A stretch of DNA of 63,130 nucleotides, counting the filler, from Basidiobolus ranarum (Eukaryota): assembly GCA_040143965.1 (NCBI GenBank). It is 34 parts of 34 records of this genome, joined end to end, with 100 filler letters (N's around TTAATTAATTAA, not from the genome) between each part and the next. Parts side by side here need not be neighbours in the genome. Positions count along the whole stretch, not along the records: positions 11,202 to 12,967 come from JASJQH010011259.1; positions 13,068 to 14,833 come from JASJQH010011260.1; positions 14,934 to 16,698 come from JASJQH010011261.1; positions 16,799 to 18,562 come from JASJQH010011262.1; positions 18,663 to 20,425 come from JASJQH010011263.1; positions 20,526 to 22,288 come from JASJQH010011264.1; positions 22,389 to 24,150 come from JASJQH010011266.1; 27 more parts are not named here. One strand, written 5' to 3'. The number at the start of each line of letters is the position of its first letter. Position 1 is the stretch's first letter. Positions 12,681 to 24,250 of this stretch are shown piece by piece. Under the pieces are notes generated by a model. That model saw only the letters and a program-made list of their open reading frames with translations. It had not been told where the DNA came from and ran no database searches. A program made the position numbers and the translations under genes.

Positions 12681-13067
12681 TTGTACCAGTTGATAGATCC
12701 ATCTGAGTTAAGTTTCAGTCTCTGAATCCATCTATTCCCAAAGGTTTTTCAACTAGTATGTAAGTCCACAAGGGTCATTGCGTTATTCTACCTCAGGTAG
12801 TGAATTTTATCATTAATGGTTTTTCTCCATTGTGTTGCTTCATAAGATCTCAGAGCTTGTGTCAAATTTTCTGGTTCAGAAAAGACTACATGTAAGGCTA
12901 TATTCCACCCTTTTTCACAATTGAATCTATGGATTTCATGCTCCAATTTAAGACATCTAAAGTCCTTNNNNNNNNNNNNNNNNNNNNNNNNNNNNNNNNN
13001 NNNNNNNNNNNTTAATTAATTAANNNNNNNNNNNNNNNNNNNNNNNNNNNNNNNNNNNNNNNNNNNN

Positions 13068-13330
13068 GGCTATTTGATGTGCATACTTTAAGTTAATTGG
13101 CTCATATAAACTATGTTGAAAGTAAAAGTCTCGATGGTTGTTGATAAACTCTTGGTAGGTTCTTGACTTTGACGATGCTGGTTTTTTATTTGGTTTGTAA
13201 TTCTGGAGAAGTGACAAGAAGATTTCTCTGTAAAAATCAACGTTGGAAAATTTTTCCAGGGCAAAGGCAGGGTCATTTTCCAATTCTTGAATAAAAATGT
13301 ACTTTAAACAGGTGAACGAGAATGATATCC
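13068..13330 (-). CDS. Probable Fanzor1 (eukaryotic TnpB/Cas12-like RNA-guided endonuclease) N-terminal fragment, truncated by the contig edge
   Basis: SFTCLKYIFIQELENDPAFALEKFSNVDFYREIFLSLLQNYKPNKKPASSKSRTYQEFINNHRDFYFQHSLYEPINLKYAHQIA is an open frame that follows the helical pattern I recall for fungal Fanzor1 REC regions. RuvC is not visible. Confidence 0.6.
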
Positions 13331-13408
13331 TAGTACTTAAGGAGTTATTGGCAGTGTTTGGAGAGTTAGAAGTTTGAAGATGTATCCATTTTGAAGTCCA
13401 CAAATTCT

Positions 13409-13954
13409 TGTTGAAATTAACATAGCCTAAACATCTATAGAGTGATATATGGCTTAGTATTGAGTTAATCCATATTGAACTGAGATATTACCCTATTCTC
13501 AAGAGGAATTTACTTGGAAGTTTGAAGACATATAGATTTTGTTAACTTGTCTTAGAAGCCCCAAACTTTGCACACATGTTCCTGGGACCTTCCTTGACAC
13601 ATTCTACAGTTAAATTATTTGGAAGCCTGTTGGAAATGGTTTGGAGAATTAGAGAAACTGGTGGTTTTAACTTATTGATTTATTGATTAGAAAGTTGACA
13701 TTTGTTATTTTGTCAAGATATAAGCAGAATAACATGTAGCATGTGTTAAGGAAGGTCCCAGGAACATATGTGCAAAGTTTAGAGCTTCTAGCACAAGTTT
13801 GAAAAATCTATATATCTGAGAACTTCTAAGTTGGTAAAAGTATTCTAGTGAGTTCCAATTTAGAAAAATGGAAAATATCTTAGTGAATTATAAGATAGCT
13901 AAGTACTAAGCTATATATGACTATATAGGTGTTTAGGCAATGCTAACTTCAACA
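13409..13954. repeat. Two copia LTR-1 copies in opposite orientation (13409-13607 + truncated; 13608-13954 -)
   Basis: Match to LTR-1. PPT at 13955-13966. Confidence 0.85.
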
Positions 13955-13969
13955 CTCTCCCTCAACTAA

Positions 13970-14833
13970 ATAGTCATATAAACTAATTGTAAGGAAGGTC
14001 TAAATTTCTCAAATTTCTGTCTGGCTAATGGTTTAGTTAATATATCAGCAATCATGTCTTCTGTAGAAGAATAAGTTAAGTCTATAAACTTACTCTCTAT
14101 AGTCTCTCTAATGAAGAAATGTCAAATATCTATATATTTGCTTCTATTAGGAAACATGGGATTTTTAGCTAATTTGATACAACTTGGATTATCTTGAAAC
14201 ATTGTAGTTGGTGAATTTTGAGAATAACCTAAATCTGGTAAGAGTTTTCTTAACCATATTGCTTCTTTGGTTGCTTCACAGGCAGCCATGTATTCTGCTT
14301 CTGTGTTGAAAGTGCTATGGTAGATTGTTTCTTTGAACTCCAAGAAATAGCTCCATTTCAGCAAAGAAATAAGTATCCTGTTATAGATCTCCTGTCTTCA
14401 ATATCTCTTCCTCAATTTGCATCTGAATATCCCATCAGATCAAAGTTTGATCCAGAATATGTGTATTTTAAGCACAGATCCACAGTACCTTTCAGATGTC
14501 TGAAAATCTACTTAATGCTATGATTTGATCAGATTCAAAATCTTGAAGATATTGGCACATAATACCCCAGAATAGGCAATATCTAGCCATGTTCCAACCA
14601 TGATATACATTGGATTACCATCATAGATTGCTAAGGAAATTTCTGGCTTTCTTTTAAATCCAAAATTGTCTGATTTGAGCCATCTTTGGTCAAGTCAAGA
14701 TTTGTCTCCTTTGAGGTAGATACTGTTAAAGTATTTGGGAGCCTGTTGGAAGTGGTTTGGAGAATTAGAGGAATTGGTAGTTTTCACTTGTTGATTTATT
14801 GAGTAGAAAGTTGACATTTATAGTTTTGTCAAG
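13970..14833 (-). mobile_element. Copia RT/RNase H interrupted by LTR-1 (14724-14833)
   Basis: TEAEYMAACEATKEAIWLRKLL...FQDN...RSKYIDI. Confidence 0.9.
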
Positions 14834-14933
14834 NNNNNNNNNNNNNNNNNNNNNNNNNNNNNNNNNNNNNNNNNNNNTTAATTAATTAANNNNNNNNNNN
14901 NNNNNNNNNNNNNNNNNNNNNNNNNNNNNNNNN

Positions 14934-15497
14934 CAGTATATCTGACTGTGGAAATGCAGACCTTTTTAAAGGTGTGAAGAATTTGGTAAGTGGGACAGTA
15001 GAGCCAAAGCTCACTGGCTTCTTTGCTTTTGCCTTGGGTTTATTAACTTCCTGCTCCTTGAATACTTCTTTGGCTGCTTTTCTTTCTTTTCCAAGTCAGT
15101 AATTGCATACATTTTTGAGATGTATCAAGAATGGGCCTATACTAGCCCAATTGCCACTTGCTTGCAAAAACCCAGGATAAGCAACATGAAATAAGTCAAG
15201 AACCTTCAAAGTAATGCCTGGTTTTTGGTTTTTCCACAATTGGCTCAAATCCATGTGATTTTAGGCAAGATTCCAAACAGTTTCCAAAGTGTTAAACCAC
15301 TCATCATCAAAGCAAGTGACAACAGCTCTGACATTCAGAGTTTTTTGGCTTGCTGGAGTTCCTATGAGATTTCTATTTTCATGTGCCAAAGCAACTTCAG
15401 GTTGTTGTGTAGGCTTCATGGGCCAACACATGTTCTGCTCTGCTTGATTGTCATGGTGATGTTCATATGTATGGTGTGGAATTGATTGAAATCCCAT
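14934..15497 (-). pseudogene. CMC accessory ORF-A, middle part
   Basis: LWKNQKPGITLKVLDLFHVAYPGFLQASGNWA block followed by a Lys-rich segment. Confidence 0.7.
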
Positions 15498-16525
15498 CCC
15501 TAACAAAAATAAAATCAATTTGATCCAGATTGGATCCACCCTCCAAAAGAGCAAAACCATCAGAGAACCGTCACAATATTGGTAGCTTGCATTCTGCCAG
15601 GGATTTTGATGGTGTGATTGCATTTTTATGGCATTCATACATGTTAAAATATTGATCCTCAAATTGGCATGCATTATTCAATATCCAGCAATTTTTGCAA
15701 AAGTATAACTTTTGAATGGCAAATTACTGGGTTTACTGCTGTAGGAATTCAACTTAATATGCATGCCTTTATTTAGATATTTTAGGCTTTGTATTCCAGC
15801 CATAATGAGAATCAAAAAATACAAAAATCTTGTTGTGTCTAGTCTCTACATATGCACATACTTGACTGATTAGACACAACTCAACAACATCAATATGCTT
15901 TACCAGCAAACTAATGGTGGAAAAATTGTTAAACATCTGAAGTTTTGAATAGCACTGAAACTTGGCAAATAGCTGACTCTTGTTACCATTCACAATGAGA
16001 ATAAGCACTTGGATTTTGGCAAATTTCTGTAAAGAATTCAGCCAATATATCCCCAACTTGCAGTCAACAAATGTGCTGCCACAAGTAGATGTGTCATTGC
16101 TGGAATAGATTACCCCATGACTAAAACAATAATACTATGCATCTTGATCTATCTCACCAAGAAGTCTGTCTTGCAGCTTTTCTAAAAATACCATTAGATT
16201 ATCACAAAAGCAATTTAGTCCAATTATAAAGGTACTTACTCTGTGTCCATGGATTGGGCTTTGTTGTTGTTATTGTGCTCTAACTATGCAAAAACCTGTG
16301 AGCACATTGAAAAGAGCCCTTTGTTGGCAGGTTAATATACTCTGGAGTCACCTTAGCCCATTGCATTACATCCATCACTGATTTAGCTGATACATTGTTA
16401 ATCAGATTAGCATACAGTAATACTGATGATTTCACATGGAGCATCATTTCACCGCAGGTGCACTCCATTGGGAACTCCCAGAATGTATAGCAAGGGCCTA
16501 TAATCTCTAAGCTTTGTGAAAGATG
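15498..16525 (-). mobile_element. CMC element right end (TIR CCCTAACAAAAAT) and transposase C-terminus
   Basis: Sharp terminus at 15498. HLSQSLEIIGPCYTFWEFPMECTCG motif. Interrupted by LTR-1 at 16526-16698. Confidence 0.9.
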
Positions 16526-16798
16526 TGTTGAAATTAGCATTGCCTAAACACCTATATAGTCATATATAGCTTAGTATTTAGTTATCGTGTAATTCACTAA
16601 GATATTATCAATTATTCTCAATTGGAATTTACTTAGAATATTTTTACCAACTTAGAAGTTCTCAGATATATAGATTTTTCAAACTTGTGCTAGAAGCCNN
16701 NNNNNNNNNNNNNNNNNNNNNNNNNNNNNNNNNNNNNNNNNNTTAATTAATTAANNNNNNNNNNNNNNNNNNNNNNNNNNNNNNNNNNNNNNNNNNNN

Positions 16799-17796
16799 TC
16801 AATGATTGCATACATTTTTGAAATGTTTCATGAATAGGCCTATACTAGCCCAATTGCCATTTGCTTGCAAAAACCCAGGATAAGCCACATGAAATAAGTC
16901 AAGAACCTTCAGAGTGATGCCTGGTTTTTGGTTTTTCCACAATTGGCTCAAATCCGGGTGATTTTGGGCAAGATTCTGCACAGTTTCCAAAATGTTAAAC
17001 CACTCATCATCAGAGCAAGTGATGACAGCTCTGACATTCAGAGTCTTTTGGTTTGCAGTTTTCCTATAAGATTTCTACTTTCATGTGCTCAAGCAATTTT
17101 GGGTTGTTGTGTAGGCTTAATGGTCTAACACATATTCTGCTCTGCTAGATTGTTATGGTGATATTCATATGTATGGTGTGGGATTGATTGAAATCCCATA
17201 TGAGAATGGACAGAGGGAGCAGCATGTTGCTGTAGCTCAAGTACAGCATTCTGAAGGTCTTGTATCATTGTTGAGTGACTCTCTAACTGTTGACTAGTTG
17301 CTTCCAAATGCTGCATTAATTGCAATATTGCAGCATTATTACTTGTCATGGCCTGTATAGCAACTTTGTAGTTTTTACTTATGATTGCATACAAATCATT
17401 ATGGTGTTCTGCCTGTGATTCCCTTGTTGTAATAATTCTATCCAAATTTTCTGTGGAGGGTTGTTCAATAGTGGGCAAAGTAGCCATTTTGGAAGTTGAT
17501 GGTCTTGATGGTGTTTTGGTTGAACTTTGCTCAACTATTGATTTACAATGTAATTGAGGATTACAATCTCTTCACTTGCACTATTGCTGGGAAGGAACAT
17601 ATCTGGTAAATTGATCAATCCTTCATCATTACGTGAGTTAGTTTCCGGAATGTAAATTCCTTCCAAAGTGGATAGTGGATTGCTAGACTGCTCATCAATT
17701 AAGTCCTCTGTTCCTGCTGGTTTTTTTCCTCTTGTGCCAGCAGGCTTTGGCTAGGAAGCTGATTTTGACTTAGACTTTGAGCACTTTAAATGGCAG
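16799..17796 (-). pseudogene. CMC accessory ORF-A, N-terminal part
   Basis: Homolog of 717-1450. Coiled-coil-like segment followed by the YPGFLQANGNWA block. Confidence 0.7.
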
Positions 17797-18008
17797 TGAA
17801 ATTTTCAGATGGTAAACTTGGTGTTTTGAAATTGCTTAGAAACAACTTATAATAAACCAAAATTGCCATCCATTACTGGAAATATCTTGTAAATCACCAG
17901 ATGACTCATCTGTGACACCATCTCAGAATCAGCTGATGATAATGATGGGCTATATCTGAAATACCACCCTTATGTGGGAGATGTTCTTTTTTCCACAATA
18001 TCCTTCTC

Positions 18009-18562
18009 ATGCTGCAACACAAACATTGAAAGAAGCCCTGTTGTGATTGTCACAAATTCTTGTGCTATGAAAGCCAAAGGCTTCATAGAAAAATAATCAC
18101 AAGCATGGTTGCTATACAAAGCCACCAGCTGCACAATGCCTGGTTTATAACAACAGTAATCAGTACACAAAATTGACTTTAGTTTTTCACATTGAGTCCA
18201 CTGACTGTAGTTTCCCTCAAAGGTTAGGTAACACTTCCAAAAGTCAAGATACCATGGAGTTACCACAGTTATATGACCAGAATGATGTAGGTCAAAATGC
18301 GACTTTTGTCAAACCAGTATATACAGACAACCTTGTGGACTTGCTGCTACATGTTGACCTTGGTTATTCCAGTACCAATGGTAGTATTACAGAAGTTGAA
18401 GAAGAAGACAATGGTTTTGTTATGAACTCTTTGTTATTGGCAAACATTAGTCCACTCATAATACTTACTGTAAAGGAAGCAGCTTTGATTATTGAGGAGT
18501 GGAGAGTTCAATCCAATCTTAGCAACCAGGTGTTTATTGGTTTTCTTACACTTTAACACAGT
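18009..18562 (+). pseudogene. CMC transposase N-terminus
   Basis: MLQHKH*KKPCCDCHKFLCYE...KEAALIIEEWRVQSNLSNQVFIGFLTL, similar to EnSpm N-terminal W..N.S helices. Confidence 0.6.
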
Positions 18563-18662
18563 NNNNNNNNNNNNNNNNNNNNNNNNNNNNNNNNNNNNNN
18601 NNNNNNTTAATTAATTAANNNNNNNNNNNNNNNNNNNNNNNNNNNNNNNNNNNNNNNNNNNN

Positions 18663-20425
18663 TATGTGCATGAATATGTTAATCAAATAAGAAACTGTTC
18701 AACTCTGGCATAAGAGATTTGGCCATATTGGATTTGATTAATTGAGCAAAATGATCAAGAATTGCGCAATATCTGGAACTCAAATTAGCCCCCCAACCAA
18801 ACTGGAAATTTATGAGGGTTGTATGTATGGAAAATATGCCAGGCAACCATTCAAGAGCTCTGGTTTAATCAAATCTGTCAAAAAATTGGATCTAATTCAC
18901 TCAGATATGTGTGGAACTATGTAAAATTTATCTTTGGGTGGAAACAGATATTCAAACACATTTATTGATGATTATACAAGATACACTTGGGTCTACTTTA
19001 TGGAAAGAAAAGAAGATGCACTCTCTATCTTTAGAGATTTTAAAACACTTGTGAAGACTGAAAGTGGAACTAAAATCAACAAAATACATACTGATAATGA
19101 TGGAGAATACACTTCAACACTATTTACACAATTTTGAAAAGTTCATTGAATTAAGCAAGAAACTACTGCCCCCTATTCATCTCAAGAACATGGAGTTGCT
19201 GAAAGAGCTAATAGGTCTATAATAGAAATGGCAAGATCTATGATAAATGCACAAAATTTATCTCGTAACTTTTTGCCGGAATCTGTTGCTACCACTGCAT
19301 ATCAGAAGAATTGGAGTTTTACTTGAAGTCTGTCTAACTCTACACCATATTCAAGCTTGGTTTGGAGTTAAACCAGATGTAAAACATTTCAGGATTTCTG
19401 GATGCATTGCTTATTTTGAAATTAAGAACAAATATTGGTCTGAATTTGGTACAAAAAGTAAGATATTCAAATTTCTGGGTTATTGCACTCAAACTAAGGC
19501 TTACAAACTCTATGATACCAAAATTTTTAAGTTTGTCAATTCCAGGGATGTTTTACTTAATGAAAATGAAATATTTTCACCTAAAGTGACCGCAGATGAT
19601 GACAAAAATCAATTTTTTCCTGATTCAATCATTTGAAATGTTTGAAAACCAAAGCAATAAAGAAAATTTCATTCCCATGGACCCTTCATCCAAAATTTTG
19701 CTTACTGAAGTGCCGAATACAATGCCAGAAGTTGTAGTAACTTTATCCCAAAGAAGGAGATCAAATTGGATCTAAATAGCACCAAATACTATATATATGA
19801 GTCCCCAAATTGGGCCTATGCCTGCCCAGCTCAAATGCATGAGCCCAAGACTGTAAAAGAGGCCCCAAATGGCCCTGAAACAAAATATGGAGATCTGCTA
19901 TGGCTGATGGGTCCCTGGCTTTGATTGTTAATCAAACTAGGATTTTAACCAACTTACCTGATGATGGAAAATCAATTGCCTGCCCATGGGTGTTGAAAGT
20001 TAAATACAACTCTAACAGCAATATAGAACAATTCAAGGCTAGACTAGTAGCCAAAGGCTAGTCAGAAGCACCAGGAATATGATTATACAGAAACCTTTGC
20101 TTCTGTAGCAAAGTATAATTCAATGAGATTGATGTTGGGAATTTCAGCTAAATATCTGTTTATTATACATTGAATGGATGTTAAAACTGTTCTTTAAGTA
20201 GGGAGCTTGCTGAGGAGATCTGCATAGCCCAGCCAGATGGATTTGTGGATCCAGAAAACCCAAAAAAAGCTTTCAGACTCCAGAAAACACTCTATGGCTT
20301 AAAATAATCTCCAAGAGCTTAGAATAGCAAGGTAGACACTTTTTTGGAAACACTCAAATTCCAAAAGAGTAATGCTGACTATAGTCTCTACTTCAGGCCA
20401 GATAAGACAAGCCCAGTTTTATTAG
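18663..20425 (+). mobile_element. Copia GAG-pre-integrase, integrase and RT (decayed)
   Basis: LWHKRFGH, LDLIHSDMCG, TFIDDYTRYTWVYF, TDNDGEY, GVAERANR, FKARLVAKG, MDVKT. Confidence 0.95.
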
Positions 20426-20525
20426 NNNNNNNNNNNNNNNNNNNNNNNNNNNNNNNNNNNNNNNNNNNNTTAATTAATTAANNNNNNNNNNNNNNNNNNN
20501 NNNNNNNNNNNNNNNNNNNNNNNNN

Positions 20526-20918
20526 CAGACTGAGGTCTGATCAAGGAATACATGGGGCTCATATAGATATTGCAAGGTGAAACATAATATACTGAATAGG
20601 GAATATACTTTGGCAAGTTTGAGAGTTGGGATGTTAGGGACTACAAGGACCAATACAAAAGGGATGATATAAGGATGATGTAAGGATCGTCAGGTGACCT
20701 TCCATGAAAGGTCTTGGCAGAAATACACTATTGTGGGATGACATGCTTGGTTGGGTTTCATGGAATGTTCCAAAGAACATGACTTCCATATAAGGTAATC
20801 TGGATGAATTGACACCAGATTGCCAAGAACGGATGGCACAGCAGATATGATGTCATAATCTAATAATAGAAGAGTTCTATTTGCAGTGGATCAGTATGCC
20901 AACATCAGAATCATAACA
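20526..20918 (-). repeat. Gypsy LTR-3 partial
   Basis: Homologous to 33041-33424. Confidence 0.85.
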
Positions 20919-21720
20919 CAGAGTGGCACAAGATTGCAAGGTATCTGCCAGATAGATGCAAGAATGTTGATTCAGCAACATTAATACATTGGTGGGCTTT
21001 CATGGAGATATTGCTACAAACTTGTGTTAGCTATGAGCTAAACCTTGGGTATGAAGAACTCTAAAAAAATATTCAGGTGAATATATCAAGGAAACTAGGG
21101 ATTTCAAGGTGACAAATCAGAGTTCAAGTGATAAATGTATAAGATTTGAATTGTGTTTTTCACACTGGTGTTGATCCATAGTTTTCTGAGATTGCAGCCA
21201 ATTGTGTGCAACTATTTTGTGAGATCTTGAAATTTCACTCCTGAAACTGCAAAAATTGATTAAAATCAAATCTAACTTGATGATTTTATGATTAAAATCA
21301 TATCTAACTTAACAATTTTATGACTGCAAGTGAGTGGTCAATCCCACATGGATTAAGATTGTGATGGTTTTCCTACAATGACAATCCGCCAATATCTGTT
21401 GGGGCAGACTGAATGTAAAGTTGAATGTTCTTCTTCTGAAGCCACTTTCTGCATACTTACACCCTGTTTTTCCCTTCATACTTTTGAAAATACTCCTCAA
21501 GCACTTTTACTATTTCTAAACATCCTTTTAGTATGACACTACTGAGGGTGCTTTACAGTGTTTGTGTGGGTTTTTGCTTGCCTTTAAGTTTGGGGCTAAT
21601 TTCAGCACTTTGAGTAGTATTGGCTGAGGTTGGAGAGCTGTGAGTTTTACTTGCTGGTGCTTTGGCTTGCTGGGAGGTGCCAGACGTTGGAGACACTTGC
21701 AAATTTAGCACTTTTTCAAC
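20919..21720. mobile_element. CMC left end (terminus 21404) abutting ORF-A interior in opposite orientation
   Basis: ...ATATCTGTTGGGG|CAGACTGAATG. Both sides match 53150-53867. Confidence 0.8.
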
Positions 21721-22288
21721 TATTAAAGTAATCAGGAGCCTGTTGGAAGAGGTTTGGAAAATTAGAGGAATTTGTGGTTTTTGCTTATTGATTTTTTGCG
21801 TAGAGAGTTGACGTTTGTAGTTTTGTCAAGATATAAACAAACTAATATGTAGAATGTGTTAAGAAGGTCCCAAGAACATGTGTGGAAAGTTTGAGGCTTC
21901 TGGCACAAGTTTGACAAACTATATATCTGAGAACTTCCAAGTTGGTAAAAATGTTCAAAGTAAATTCCATTTGAGAATAATGGATAAGATCTTAGTGAAT
22001 TATAAGATAACTAAGTACTAAGTTATATATAACTATATAAGGACTTGGGCAATGCTCACTTCAACACTCTCCCCTAACTCAATTGTCATATAAACTAACT
22101 GTAATAAAGATCTAAATGTCTCAAATTTCTGTCCAGGCCACGAATTGGTTAATATATTAGCAATCATGTCTTCTGTAGAACAATAAGTTAAGTCAATAAA
22201 CTTATTCTCTATAGGCTCTCTAATGAAGTGATGCTTAATATCTACATGTTTGCTTCTATTATGAAACATGGGATTTTTGGCTAATTTA
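21721..22288 (-). mobile_element. Copia RNase H end and 3' LTR-1 (21721-22066)
   Basis: FHNRSKHVDIKHHFIRE...STEDMIANILT. Confidence 0.9.
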
Positions 22289-22388
22289 NNNNNNNNNNNN
22301 NNNNNNNNNNNNNNNNNNNNNNNNNNNNNNNNTTAATTAATTAANNNNNNNNNNNNNNNNNNNNNNNNNNNNNNNNNNNNNNNNNNNN

Positions 22389-22575
22389 TCATAAGTTGCT
22401 TCTAATACTCAAAGTCTACCCCCATTATGTCAAGATCCTCCAACATGGTAGCAGCAAGTGAATTAGAGTCTTCTTCCCAAAAGGAGATTACTAATATTCC
22501 AACATTCAATGGGGAAGATTTCCATGAATGGAAATTCAAGATGCAACTTGTGCTTGAAGGGAAACAAGTGCAGAT
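22389..22575 (+). mobile_element. Copia 5' LTR-6 end, PBS (TGGTAGCAG, tRNA-iMet-like) and gag start
   Basis: ...CTCCAACA|TGGTAGCAG, then IPTFNGEDFHEWKFKMQLVLE. Confidence 0.85.
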
Positions 22576-22836
22576 GGGATATATATAGGGGGACAACACT
22601 ATTTTATATATTTTATAGGATTATTATTTATATATAGGTGTACCATCCTTTCCAAAATAAAAAAATATGTTTTTCCCTTCCCTATTTTCCCACACATATT
22701 CTTCCCTCTTTTTCCCATATCCTATTCCTATATCCCAATTTTTTTCCTTGCCCATATTCATTTTTATTTTGGTTATTTTTTGCATTTCCCATATTTTTTT
22801 GTTTGATTACACCCTTGCCTCAGATATTGTTATTTT

Positions 22837-23573
22837 TTAACATATGTCACAAGTATCACTAAAAAATTCTTCCACATTGTATTGCATTAATCTCAAACGT
22901 TGTAAAGTTGTCAAACTTGTATTGTTATAAAAAATTTGCATCTTTTTTGCAAGTAAAAATATTTGTTTGTCTGTCAACATCAACAAATGCATAGGCATTG
23001 GAGTTGTATCTATACTGCGCAATTTCTGTTCTAATGTCAATAGACTTGCATCTCTACATTTTTATATTCAGCCTCAATTTTTGGATTAGAACTAATAGAT
23101 GGAAAATCTACAGGTATAATCGTCATATTTCCTAGTTGTGCTTTAATATTATTCGAATTTTTGTCATCCCATTTTTGATCTGCATTGGTTATTACACGTA
23201 CCCCATTTACTTCAAATGCTGGGCCAAAAATTGTTTTTACAAATTCTGTTATAGATCTATCTAATTCATCTATTGTACCAGATTTCTGTATGATGCATAT
23301 ATGATGAAATTTTGCTGAAACTTTCATGATGAAATCACAGACATCCTCAAAATTTACGGGATTACTAGATTCATATAATCCAACTGTATCACATATTGTC
23401 CAATTTGGATTTGTACTATTTTCTTTACACTTTAAAGTTACCAATTTTGCCATGTCACCGATTTTAAATTCATCTTTATTGTTGTTACGTAAATGTCCCT
23501 GACAAAGCATAGATGCCACAGTAGATTTTCCTGTGCCAGTTTTCCCAAATAATATGATGTTTTTCTTTTCCAT
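22837..23573 (-). pseudogene. AIG1/GIMAP-like P-loop GTPase, single frameshift at about 23059-23063
   Basis: G1 GKTGTGKST, G3 DTVG, G4-like VITNAD. Adding one A joins EAEYKK to CRDASLLTLEQKL. Intronless. Confidence 0.8.
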
Positions 23574-23668
23574 TGCATAAAATTTATTTATTATAATACA
23601 GACTTTCTATCATTGAAAAAACATTTGTGGCAGTTGATAATACAATTAGATACTTATATTATTCTACA

Positions 23669-23935
23669 ATGGAGGAACAATGCATAATAGTTTTTGGAAA
23701 ATTGGGCATTGGAAAATCCGTGTTATTAAATGTCATCATTGGTGTTAATATGGACAATTAATTAAATTCAGACCAAAAATTTGACATATGAAAAGGTAGT
23801 TTACCAGTTACAACTGCATGCAAATATATTACAAAAAATAATTATAAGTGAATCAATACACCAGGACTGAATACCATTCAAACAAATGATGAAAAATCAA
23901 GGATATTGTTGAATGTATAAATAATCCAATACATT
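23669..23935 (+). pseudogene. Second AIG1-like GTPase, divergent, decayed and truncated (absent from the ORF track)
   Basis: MEEQCIIVFGKLGIGKSVLLNVIIG...PVTTACKY...YK*INTPGLN with 3 internal stops. Confidence 0.75.
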
Positions 23936-23937
23936 AT

Positions 23938-24150
23938 GCTCACTAAGAATATGGAACTAAAGACCTCTGAAGATATTGAAACCATGAAACATATTCCTTA
24001 CCGTAGTGCAGTTGGAAGTCTCATATATGCAACAACTGGTACTTGTTGAAGTTTATTGTCTTTATCATATATGTTATCCCTATCTTTATACACCTAACTA
24101 TTTCATATATCACATATTAGTTAGTCAACATTATTTAGTCAAATATCACT
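23938..24150 (+). mobile_element. Copia RT fragment interrupted by LTR-2 (24044-24150)
   Basis: MKHIPYRSAVGSLIYATTGT|TGTTGAAGTTT. Confidence 0.85.
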
Positions 24151-24250
24151 NNNNNNNNNNNNNNNNNNNNNNNNNNNNNNNNNNNNNNNNNNNNTTAATT
24201 AATTAANNNNNNNNNNNNNNNNNNNNNNNNNNNNNNNNNNNNNNNNNNNN

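Noticed and set aside
23669-23935. TGA-as-Trp (Mollicute endosymbiont code) in the second GTPase
   Set aside because: An in-frame TAA is also present and the partner gene uses TGG. Ordinary decay explains it.
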